From Chitinophagales bacterium (GTDB lineage: Bacteria > Bacteroidota > Bacteroidia > Chitinophagales > S012-47), in assembly GCA_015487695.1 (NCBI GenBank), contig WFPF01000021.1, positions 2,658 through 66,657 of the forward strand: DNA of 64,000 bases, written 5' to 3'. Below are positions 1 to 8,169 of the stretch, in pieces (within the stretch, counting starts at the first letter, position 1; the number at the start of each line of letters is the position of its first letter). A program made the translations under genes and the position numbers. The notes under the pieces are model-generated. The model was not told the origin of the DNA, ran no database searches, and saw only the letters and a program-made list of their open reading frames with translations.

Positions 1-2
1 CC

Positions 3-140
3 GACCTCTCCGTTTACCGGAAATTGAAGAAAGAATTTGAGCAGGTTGAGCCAGGTCATCTTTCTTTGCCCTCAGGAAGAGATAATTTAGCAGAAATGCT
101 GAGACGGGCAGAAGATTATATTCGGACAGAGAAGGCATAG
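3..140 (+). CDS. Partial C-terminus of a probable AAA_33/P-loop kinase
   Basis: Open frame from the window edge, DLSVYRKLKKEFEQVEPGHL...EKA*, stop at 138-140. It resembles the tail of the AAA_33 kinases that accompany COG2187 phosphotransferases. Confidence 0.55.
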   Translation, partial: DLSVYRKLKKEFEQVEPGHLSLPSGRDNLAEMLRRAEDYIRTEKA

Positions 141-158
141 CTTGTCGAAACACATCGC

Positions 159-1169
159 ATGAACAAGGACGAGATCTCGCAAATTCTTTTGAATCAGGCT
201 TTCCCGGATACGGGAAAACACCTCGAAATGATCGAAACCCACATCTCATGGGTCATCCTCAGCGATCACTTTGCCTTTAAAATAAAAAAGCCGGTCAAAT
301 ATTCATTTTTGGACTTCTCTACGCAGGAACTTCGCAGGAAGTACTGCTACAATGAAGTCGCACTCAACAGACGTCTTTCGCCCGATATCTATCTCGGGGT
401 CATTGAAATCCGGTCGGACGGGGAATCTGCCACAATAGGAGACGGCCCGGGAGAAGTCATTGACTATGCGGTTCAGATGAAACGTGTACGCACCAATGCC
501 CGCATGGACCTCATGTTGATTCGAAAAAAAGTGAAGCGCGATCATGTAGATCGCATCGCCCGCACCCTCGTAGATTTTCATCAAACGACCGAGGTCATTC
601 ACAAGAAAATCGAGAAGGAAAAAATTATAGGGGACTTTAATGATCTTCAAAGTGTAAAACCCTTCCTCCGCGAAAAACTGGGCAATGTGGCTGTCAACCT
701 CATCGACCGCTCACTGGAATGTGCCGGCAAGTTTGTTCACCGCTTCGGAGACTTGATGCAGCTTCGCTCGGACCAGGGCTTTGTGCGCGATGGCCATGGC
801 GACCTGCACACAGGAAATATTTTCCTTCTCTCGAGGCCGGTCATCTTTGACTGCATTGAGTTCAACGATGATTTCCGTCAGATTGACGTGCTCGATGAGG
901 TCGCCTTTCTATGTATGGACCTTGAGCGTTTCGGCAGGAGGGATCTGAGCCATGCTTTTCTTGAAAAATACCTTGCCGAAACCCACGTGCTCCGCAATGA
1001 GGCCGAAGGGCGCCTTTTCCTTTTCTTTAAACTCTACCGGGCCAACGTAAAGGCCAAGATACAAGCTATCAAAGCTCAAAATGCTTCATCCGGGCGGGCC
1101 ATGAAAAAACACCTCGTCAGTGCCGACATTTACCTGCATCTGATGTCCGATTATCTGGCGGTGCTCTGA
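159..1169 (+). CDS. Aminoglycoside-phosphotransferase-like kinase (COG2187, Rv2004c N-terminal-like)
   Basis: Motifs IETHISWV, KIKKPV..FLDFST, E..LNRRLSP, DGHGDLH.GNI, FDCIEFN. Confidence 0.85.
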   Translation: MNKDEISQILLNQAFPDTGKHLEMIETHISWVILSDHFAFKIKKPVKYSFLDFSTQELRRKYCYNEVALNRRLSPDIYLGVIEIRSDGESATIGDGPGEVIDYAVQMKRVRTNARMDLMLIRKKVKRDHVDRIARTLVDFHQTTEVIHKKIEKEKIIGDFNDLQSVKPFLREKLGNVAVNLIDRSLECAGKFVHRFGDLMQLRSDQGFVRDGHGDLHTGNIFLLSRPVIFDCIEFNDDFRQIDVLDEVAFLCMDLERFGRRDLSHAFLEKYLAETHVLRNEAEGRLFLFFKLYRANVKAKIQAIKAQNASSGRAMKKHLVSADIYLHLMSDYLAVL

Positions 1170-1921
1170 ACACTTACCCTCCCGGCCAACTCTTCGGCAA
1201 TAAGCGGCAGGCTCTTTTCAAGTTCTTCGTAGCTATCTATGATAAAATACTCTTCCTGATACCTTTCCTTGATATAGGGGGTCTTCAGAATTTGTCTTAC
1301 ATCATAGCGATGCCTGGGCAAATCGGCCTGAAGGCAATAATCGCTCTCCCCGTTTGATGACAAAATGCCCGCTCCGTAGATCTTCAGCGCTCCTTTCTCT
1401 CTTATCAGGCCAAACTCCACGGTATACCAATAGATACGCGAAAGCAATTCCACGGCTTCCGGATTTTCAATCCAACGGAAGGCAATGTGGCTCAACCCCT
1501 CCAGGAAAGAAGAAAAATCCTGATTCGCCAGCAGGGGCACATGCGCAAATACATCGTGAAACATGTCCGGCTCTTCGAGATAATCGAGCTGGTCCATGCT
1601 GCGAAGCCAGGTGCTTGCCGGAAAGAAGCGTCCGCGAAGCATTTCGAAAAAAGTGCGGTTGTCGACAATTCCGGGCACTCCCCTCAGGCGCCAACCCGTA
1701 AGTTTTTCCAGCCGCTTGTTCACTTCATTGAAATCGGGGATACAGGTCTCCTGAAACCCCACAAGATCAAGGCCGTTTAAAAACGCGGCCGAAGCTTTGT
1801 TGGGCAGCTTTTTCATCTGCCGCCTGTACAATATCTGCCATACGCTGTGATCTGCGACACCGTATGCCGCATAGTCCTGCTTTAGCTCCCGGATGCCTTC
1901 AATGGTCTTCATTTCTTCCAT
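1151..1921 (-). CDS. phhA: Phenylalanine 4-monooxygenase
   Basis: YLEEPDMFHDVFAHVPLL (two Fe-binding His), YWYTVEFGL (Fe-binding Glu), YGAGILSS. Confidence 0.95.
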   Translation of the reverse strand: MEEMKTIEGIRELKQDYAAYGVADHSVWQILYRRQMKKLPNKASAAFLNGLDLVGFQETCIPDFNEVNKRLEKLTGWRLRGVPGIVDNRTFFEMLRGRFFPASTWLRSMDQLDYLEEPDMFHDVFAHVPLLANQDFSSFLEGLSHIAFRWIENPEAVELLSRIYWYTVEFGLIREKGALKIYGAGILSSNGESDYCLQADLPRHRYDVRQILKTPYIKERYQEEYFIIDSYEELEKSLPLIAEELAGRVSVQSTAR

Positions 1922-1943
1922 CTTTTTATTGGTTTTTATAAAT

Positions 1944-1976
1944 AAAAAAACCCGGCTTCGAATGCTCGAAGCCGGG
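1944..1976 (-). terminator. Attenuator terminator in the phhA leader
   Basis: mRNA CCCGGCUUCGA-GCAU-UCGAAGCCGGG-UUUUUUU: perfect 11-bp stem plus U7, ending 22 nt before the phhA ATG. Confidence 0.9.
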
Positions 1977-2001
1977 TGCTCATTTCTTTCAAAATATTAC
2001 A

Positions 2002-2067
2002 CTACGATCCTGCTCCGAGTCTGGCCGGGTTCAGATAATAGTAATAATAATTGCTGCAATTGATCAT
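2002..2067 (-). CDS. Tyr-rich leader peptide MINCSNYYYYYLNPARLGAGS (21 aa)
   Basis: ATG at 2067, five consecutive Tyr codons (TAT TAT TAC TAT TAT), TAG at 2002-2004, directly upstream of the terminator and phhA. Confidence 0.85.
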   Translation of the reverse strand: MINCSNYYYYYLNPARLGAGS

Positions 2068-2107
2068 TTCAGGGCTAAAACTATGCATTCCCTTTCAGTT
2101 TCGGAAA

Positions 2108-2869
2108 TCAAGTGTCTGTTTTTTTATCGACCAGGGTAGCACTTGCCTGATCCGCTGGCAAAATGAGCAGATCGGCTACATTCACATGCCCGGGGCGGGA
2201 GACAATGTACCAAATGCTGTCGGCCACATCCACGGCCTCCAGCGGCCGGTAGCCCTGATAAACAGCCTCTGCCTTTTCGTGATCACCTTTGAAACGCACT
2301 TCCGAAAATTCGGTATGGACCAGCCCCGGATGCACGGCCGAAACCCTGACCCCCGTACCCAGAAGATCCTGGCGCATGGCACGGGTAAGACCATCCACGG
2401 CAAACTTAGTGGCCACATAAACATTGCCCCTCGGATAAGCCTCCTTGCCGGCTATAGATCCGATATTCACTACCTGCCCGCGGCCCCGCTCCACCATGGC
2501 CGGAAGCAGCGCCCGGCTCAGATAAAGCAGTCCTTTGATGTTTATATCAATCATGGCTTCCCAGTCTTCGATCCGGCCTTCATGAATCAGGTCAAGTCCG
2601 TGGGCATTTCCTGCATTATTGATCAATATGTCAATCTCCTGAAATGCTGCCGGCCTGCTTTGCAAAGCTTCCGTCATGGCCTCGCGATCACGAATGTCAA
2701 AGTCCAGCGTACACACATCGGTCAGTTCCGAAAGTTCCTCCTGTAAGGCCTGAAGACGATCGGCCCTGCGAGCGCACAGAACCAAACGAATTCCGTTTCT
2801 TGCAAATATGCGGGCCGTTTCGCGGCCAATTCCCGAACTGGCCCCACTGATAAGTGCTGTTCTTTTCAT
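2108..2869 (-). CDS. SDR oxidoreductase (YdfG-like, NADP-dependent)
   Basis: ISGASSGIG, NNAG, YVATK (YxxxK), HPGLV.TEF; probable start at MKRTAL (2869). Confidence 0.9.
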   Translation of the reverse strand: MKRTALISGASSGIGRETARIFARNGIRLVLCARRADRLQALQEELSELTDVCTLDFDIRDREAMTEALQSRPAAFQEIDILINNAGNAHGLDLIHEGRIEDWEAMIDINIKGLLYLSRALLPAMVERGRGQVVNIGSIAGKEAYPRGNVYVATKFAVDGLTRAMRQDLLGTGVRVSAVHPGLVHTEFSEVRFKGDHEKAEAVYQGYRPLEAVDVADSIWYIVSRPGHVNVADLLILPADQASATLVDKKTDT

Positions 2870-2954
2870 GTCAATGCTTTTATTTTTTTCTATGAGCGTA
2901 GGCGCAAATTTAACATATGAATAGTTGTTTATATTTGCATTAAAGCTTAAAAAG

Positions 2955-3557
2955 ATGCAAATGCTTAAAATTCTCACGGCCTTCTTTCTGTTGAGCCTTT
3001 TTTTCGCTGCTTGCGAAAAAGAAGGCAATCATCGTTTGCTGGAAAGCCGGGCCCTGGAACTGGGTACCCAAATCAGTGATTCCACGCAGAAGGTGCTGGC
3101 CGGAAATTTGAAAAAAGCCATTGCCGAAGGCGGGGTTTTTCATGCCATCGAATATTGCAATCTGGAGGCCATGCCCATCACCCGGAAGATGGAAGAAAAA
3201 TATGGTGTCAAAATCAAACGCAGCTCGCTGAAAGTGCGCAATCCGCAAGACCGCCCCGATGAAAACGAATTGAGCCTCTTGCGTCATTTTGACTCACTGG
3301 CAACTGCGGGGGCTCCGATGACCCCTGCCATTCGCTGGCTGGACGATGATCATCTTCTTTATGCACGCCCCATCATGCTCAACAAAGGATTGTGCCTTAG
3401 TTGCCACGGAGAGGTCGGATCGGCTGTTTCAGACAGTCTGTATGCTTTCATCCGCTCCAAATATCCCGAAGACCGGGCAACCGGCTACAAGCTCAATGAT
3501 TTCAGAGGAATGTGGAGCATTGTCTTTGATGAAGATCAACTGGAAAAGGCGGATTAA
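2955..3557 (+). CDS. DUF3365/Tll0287-like c-type heme lipoprotein
   Basis: Lipobox LFFAAC, AIEYCN, K.RNP...PD, CLSCH heme motif, YP.D.ATGY...D.RG. Confidence 0.85.
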   Translation: MQMLKILTAFFLLSLFFAACEKEGNHRLLESRALELGTQISDSTQKVLAGNLKKAIAEGGVFHAIEYCNLEAMPITRKMEEKYGVKIKRSSLKVRNPQDRPDENELSLLRHFDSLATAGAPMTPAIRWLDDDHLLYARPIMLNKGLCLSCHGEVGSAVSDSLYAFIRSKYPEDRATGYKLNDFRGMWSIVFDEDQLEKAD

Positions 3558-4153
3558 TAAGGGTCTTCCAGTTCGCGGGCTTTTTGCAGGTCTTCGTCCG
3601 AAGCAAAGTAGCGAAAACGAATAAAAAGAATGGCATCCACAAGGAAGTGGGCCGTCATTGCCGCATAGATGCCGACATACTCGAAAAGGTAACCCAGGCC
3701 CGCACTCACAACGACCATAAGCACTCCGTAAAGGCTCATCTTCAGGTTCATGGGATTGAGGTAGCCGTGCAGCGCCACAAAGAGTATGGCCGTGGGCCAG
3801 ATGCCGATAAAAGGCTGCAGCGCACCCCTGAAAAGCAGCTCTTCGCCAATGCCCGCAGCAAGGGAAAGAAAAAGCAGATCGCCCACTTGCAGCTGCGCAT
3901 CGTCAAGCAGTTTGGTAAAAAAAATACGTGCCTCATCAAGAATAGAGGTGTTGATGAGCCAGAGCAAATTGAGGCTGGCAATCAGGCCGAAGAAAGCTCC
4001 GCGAAACAACTGATAGGGCAAGGGACCGCCAAAACTCAAAACACCCCGTATGCCACCCGGGACGAATATATGGATGAGGGTCAGCCCCAGCCCTCCCAGC
4101 CCAAAGAGCGTGACGAGCCCGATAATAAAAAATGAACGCCTGTTTACTTTCAA
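3554..4153 (-). CDS. CPBP (Abi/CAAX-like) intramembrane metalloprotease
   Basis: GEELLFRG, F...H, H...D motifs and several TM segments; TTG start is uncertain. Confidence 0.85.
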   Translation of the reverse strand: MKVNRRSFFIIGLVTLFGLGGLGLTLIHIFVPGGIRGVLSFGGPLPYQLFRGAFFGLIASLNLLWLINTSILDEARIFFTKLLDDAQLQVGDLLFLSLAAGIGEELLFRGALQPFIGIWPTAILFVALHGYLNPMNLKMSLYGVLMVVVSAGLGYLFEYVGIYAAMTAHFLVDAILFIRFRYFASDEDLQKARELEDPY

Positions 4154-4175
4154 TATGCGCCTTATTGACTCACAA

Positions 4176-5036
4176 TTACTTCGTATTGATTTCAATGCGA
4201 TTGCTGGCCGTACCATTCACACTTTTCAGTCCCTGCGTCACTTTCATCTGCAAATCCTGCACAATCAATCCATGACGTGTCCAGCCGCTCTTTCGATCTA
4301 CATTCAACTCGCCATCCAGCTGACCCGATACTTCTATCATCACGTTCACAGAATCCTGAGCACTTGGATATACTTTGCCTTCCAACTCCAGAACAACCTC
4401 ATTTTCATCCACTCTCTTCACCGTGTATTTCGTTTCGACACTCAGGCCGCTTTCGTCATCAGTAACAATTTTTCGTGTCCAGCTGTCGCCTCTTCCCACC
4501 GCTTCTTCAGGAAAAACGGGTACCACATTCTGGATATATTGCTTGATATCGGTTGCATTGCTGAAGGCACCCATGACCTGCCCCATTTCCGAAGACTCAT
4601 CCTTCATTTCCATCACATTTCCGTAGCGATCAAACTTTACGGTAAAGGACTCTCCGATGATTCCACTATATATTTCCACCATTTTATCGGCACCAATGCC
4701 CTTGGCCTCCCCGGGTTTCTCAGAGTCATACTCCACGGCACCGGTCATCGGGTTTTGCATTTTCATATAAATGCGATTGTAGGTGAATTGCACCAGCACA
4801 GCCGTATCCGAAACCTCGGTGGGTATCATGCTGTATTCCACATTCATATCGAGCGGAATACTCATTCCGAGCATCTTCGTTTCGGAATGAATATCCATGG
4901 TTGAGATCGTTTCCCTTCCCTGCTCCGGTTGAAAAAGGAGTTGCACTTTTTCATTGCTTCCGCCCGACTCTTCGCTGCACGAGAAAAGAAGGAGAAGTAC
5001 GACCAGTCCTGCGATTGATTTGAATGCTGTTTTCAT
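4176..5036 (-). CDS. DUF6263-like lipoprotein
   Basis: Lipobox LLFSC; NPMTG..EYDS, FPEE.V..GDSW, VDRKSG; paralog of 6095..6937. Confidence 0.7.
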   Translation of the reverse strand: MKTAFKSIAGLVVLLLLFSCSEESGGSNEKVQLLFQPEQGRETISTMDIHSETKMLGMSIPLDMNVEYSMIPTEVSDTAVLVQFTYNRIYMKMQNPMTGAVEYDSEKPGEAKGIGADKMVEIYSGIIGESFTVKFDRYGNVMEMKDESSEMGQVMGAFSNATDIKQYIQNVVPVFPEEAVGRGDSWTRKIVTDDESGLSVETKYTVKRVDENEVVLELEGKVYPSAQDSVNVMIEVSGQLDGELNVDRKSGWTRHGLIVQDLQMKVTQGLKSVNGTASNRIEINTK

Positions 5037-5060
5037 ATTCTTTATAGTTGATGATCAAAA

Positions 5061-6083
5061 TTAATTATTTGCGTTCTGAAAAGATTTGCTGCGCAATGCC
5101 GCATTGAGGCGTATATCCATCCAAAACAAATTGATATCGGCCACATGAAAGACCCTGGTGTATTTATAGGGAAAGGGAAGATTGTCGGTTGAAATACGCA
5201 GCACATGGTCTTCGCAAACTGCAGAAATTATCTCCGGATATATTTTTTTAAACTTTCCGTCCAGTGCTCCTTTGTGATCTGCAAGAGCCGTACGGTCTCC
5301 TTCAAATTGCCAGCTTATCGGGTTTATGCAGTCTCCTTTTTCGTAGAATTTCCCTGCTCGCAAGCGGCCTCTGTCGGAGAAAGTATTCCAGGAAACGAAA
5401 CAGCGGATATCCCCGGGCTCCCGGCACGGTGGCACGCCTCCGGTTTCTGTTTGATTCACAGGCCAGCCCGGCAAATAGGCAACAATCAGCTTCCTGTACA
5501 ACTCTTCCCGCGGGTTAAAAAATTCGTTCAGGAGCATTTGTCCGAGCATGGCACCCTGACTATGCCCCACGATGATCAGCGGACGGCCTTCATTCCAGTG
5601 ATTCAGATAATAAAGAAATGCCGCACGCACATCGGAATAAGCCAGCCCGACCGCCTGTCTTTTTGATATGCTATCGTTTACGAAAAAGCCCGAATACGTC
5701 ATCTGACGGTAAAAGGGGGCAAAGACTCTGCCGGCTGCATTGAAGGTGCTCGCCTGAAAGAGAACTGCCGTAGAAGTGGTTTTCTCCCTCGTCCTCAGAT
5801 CTTCGAGGGCTGCATTCCAATGAGGCCCGTGATAGGTTGTAGGATGAATATAAAACACATCGGCCTCCGCGGTCTCCTGCCTGTCAGCCAGGCCGCTTCC
5901 GGCCGGCAGGGTATCGGCCTTGTCATGAGAAAAAGGCGTGGCTGCCCAGCTCCCGGGCTGTGAGTAATCGGGTGCTGCAGGCACAGAGGCAGGGTCGAAA
6001 GGGGTGGACTGCAAATGCCATACCCGGCAGGACCCGAGACTCAGCATAAGCGGAAAAAGAAGGAACAGCAATCTGGAATACAA
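5061..6083 (-). CDS. DUF3089 alpha/beta-hydrolase lipoprotein
   Basis: Lipobox LGSC; DVFYIHPTT, FAPFYRQ, GHSQG nucleophile elbow, HVAD. Confidence 0.85.
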   Translation of the reverse strand: MYSRLLFLLFPLMLSLGSCRVWHLQSTPFDPASVPAAPDYSQPGSWAATPFSHDKADTLPAGSGLADRQETAEADVFYIHPTTYHGPHWNAALEDLRTREKTTSTAVLFQASTFNAAGRVFAPFYRQMTYSGFFVNDSISKRQAVGLAYSDVRAAFLYYLNHWNEGRPLIIVGHSQGAMLGQMLLNEFFNPREELYRKLIVAYLPGWPVNQTETGGVPPCREPGDIRCFVSWNTFSDRGRLRAGKFYEKGDCINPISWQFEGDRTALADHKGALDGKFKKIYPEIISAVCEDHVLRISTDNLPFPYKYTRVFHVADINLFWMDIRLNAALRSKSFQNANN

Positions 6084-6094
6084 TGTATTAAGGC

Positions 6095-6937
6095 TTAGTC
6101 AAGTCGTTTTATTTCCGTGGTAGATTCGGTGCTAGCAGTCATTTCCATGCCCTGCATATTCATCTCCATATCCATGGACTGGCTTGTATTCATTTCCAGC
6201 AACATGCCCGTTTTCCGCTCTACCGTCAGCTCTCCTGTCGATTCAAAATTGGAAATGGTCATTGAGACCCCGTTGCTTTCCATTTCCTGATTCTCAGGGA
6301 TACTTGTGCTCATATCCAGAACAATATCATCCGTGTTGATGCTCTTGATCGTGTAGGTAATCGTAGATTCTATGCCAATAGAACCGGAAGTCTGCTTTAC
6401 CGTCCAGCTCTGTCCTTCTTTCAGTTCTCCTTCGGGAAAGGCAATGACCACGCTTTTAATAACCCCTGACGGATCGGTACCCTGCATCATGCCTCCGGCA
6501 TCACCCAGATTCTCGGCTCCTTCCAGCTTGATGACATGCCCGGTGGCACTGATCCATGCGTCAAATTCTTTGTTTTTTAATTCTTCCAGCGTGTTGGCAA
6601 TCATTTTTGTGTTTTGATCTGCGTTCCCTTCATTATAGGTGTTGCTGTTGTACTCAATCTTACCGCTCATCGGGTTGGATTGTGAGATCATGAGGCTGTC
6701 GTAGCTCATTTTCATATGAAATGTGGTATCCATCTTTTCAACGGTATTCAGTGCGAAGTATGTCTTCACGTTCATCTCGATATTCATGCTCATCATGGCC
6801 ATGTCCATCTCCGTGTTGCTCATGTAGTGATAGACCTCCCCTACTTTCGGATTAAACTGGAGTTTGGCTGTCGAGCCGCAGGAAGAAACAAAAAATAGGG
6901 TCAGCATACCCGTAAGTGCAATAATCCATTTTCTCAT
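6095..6937 (-). CDS. DUF6263-like Met-rich lipoprotein
   Basis: Lipobox VSSC; NPMSG.IEYNS, FPEG.LK.GQSW, VERKTG. Confidence 0.7.
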   Translation of the reverse strand: MRKWIIALTGMLTLFFVSSCGSTAKLQFNPKVGEVYHYMSNTEMDMAMMSMNIEMNVKTYFALNTVEKMDTTFHMKMSYDSLMISQSNPMSGKIEYNSNTYNEGNADQNTKMIANTLEELKNKEFDAWISATGHVIKLEGAENLGDAGGMMQGTDPSGVIKSVVIAFPEGELKEGQSWTVKQTSGSIGIESTITYTIKSINTDDIVLDMSTSIPENQEMESNGVSMTISNFESTGELTVERKTGMLLEMNTSQSMDMEMNMQGMEMTASTESTTEIKRLD

Positions 6938-7104
6938 AGAACAATAGGTTTAAAAGGTGTTGATTTAGAACTTCAGGTTTTTCATTATCACCTGCTTATA
7001 TATCTCTTTGCCGTGCAGGTTCGATTGAAGGCACTAAATTAAGGAATCCCGTCACGCTTTATTTTATATCGACCGCAAAAAAGCCGGGCAGCTGGCAAAA
7101 TGAG

Positions 7105-7112
7105 TAAATTTG
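7105..7112 (+). promoter_or_regulatory. Bacteroidota -7 promoter element TAAATTTG of thiL
   Basis: Exact TAnnTTTG match 4 nt before the ATG at 7117. Confidence 0.65.
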
Positions 7113-7116
7113 CAGC

Positions 7117-8163
7117 ATGGCAGAAGAAAGCAAAAAAGAAAAAAGAACGGAGATTGCCGAATACGGTGAATTCGGTTTGATTGAACACCTGACCAAAAAT
7201 GCCGTGCTGCGCAACAAAAGCAGCATCAGGGGTGTGGGCGATGATGCTGCTGTGATAGCAGCCGGTGATAACGATGTAAAAGTGGTCAGTACAGACATGC
7301 TCGTGGAGGGCATTCACTTTGACCTGAGCTACCACCCCTTGCAGCACCTGGGGTACAAGGCGGTAGTGGTCAATCTTTCAGACATCTACGCCATGAATGC
7401 CATTCCGGAACAGATCACAGTCTCGGTGGCCATATCCAACCGCTTCTCGGTGGAAGCCATGGAAATGCTCTATGAAGGCATTCTGGCTGCCTGCGACAAA
7501 TACGATATAGACCTTGTGGGAGGAGACACTTCGGCCTCAAACAAGGGCTTCATCATCAACATCACAGCCATAGGCCATGCGGCAAAAGACCGGATCGTAT
7601 ATCGCAACGGGGCCCGCCAGGGAGACCTCATAGCAGTTAGCGGTGATCTGGGATCTGCCTTTCTGGGCCTTCAGATTCTGGAGCGGGAAAAGCAGATTTT
7701 CATGGAAAACCCTGAAATTCAACCCGATCTTGAAGGCGAAAAATACCTTGTGGGCCGCCAGTTGCTGCCGGAAGCCCGGAGGGATATTATCGAGTACTTT
7801 GAAGACTTGAAATTCAAGCCCAATGCCATGATCGACATATCGGACGGCCTCTCATCCGATGTCATTCATATATGCAGGCAGAGCGGGGTGGGATGCGTAC
7901 TCTATGAGGAGAAATTTCCCGTATCGGAAGAGGCGCGGGCAAGGGCTATGAAATTCAATATTCCCACTTCTACGGCCGTACTCAACGGAGGAGAAGATTA
8001 CGAACTGCTTTTCACCTTCCCGCCTGAATGGAAAGATAAAATCGAAAAGCATCCGGATTTTTCCATTATCGGTTACACCACAAAAGCTTCGGCCGCTTAT
8101 ACCCTTAAAACACCGTCAGGACAGGTGCATCCGCTGGAGGCCCAGGGCTGGAAGCATTTATAA
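7117..8163 (+). CDS. thiL: Thiamine-monophosphate kinase
   Basis: GEFGLIE, GVGDDAAV, STDMLVEGIHF, NLSDIYAM, GGDT, DISDGL, GGEDYELLF. Confidence 0.97.
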   Translation: MAEESKKEKRTEIAEYGEFGLIEHLTKNAVLRNKSSIRGVGDDAAVIAAGDNDVKVVSTDMLVEGIHFDLSYHPLQHLGYKAVVVNLSDIYAMNAIPEQITVSVAISNRFSVEAMEMLYEGILAACDKYDIDLVGGDTSASNKGFIINITAIGHAAKDRIVYRNGARQGDLIAVSGDLGSAFLGLQILEREKQIFMENPEIQPDLEGEKYLVGRQLLPEARRDIIEYFEDLKFKPNAMIDISDGLSSDVIHICRQSGVGCVLYEEKFPVSEEARARAMKFNIPTSTAVLNGGEDYELLFTFPPEWKDKIEKHPDFSIIGYTTKASAAYTLKTPSGQVHPLEAQGWKHL

Positions 8164-8169
8164 GCCGAA

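Noticed and set aside
2051-2746. 231-aa plus-strand ORF
   Set aside because: Antisense shadow of the SDR gene
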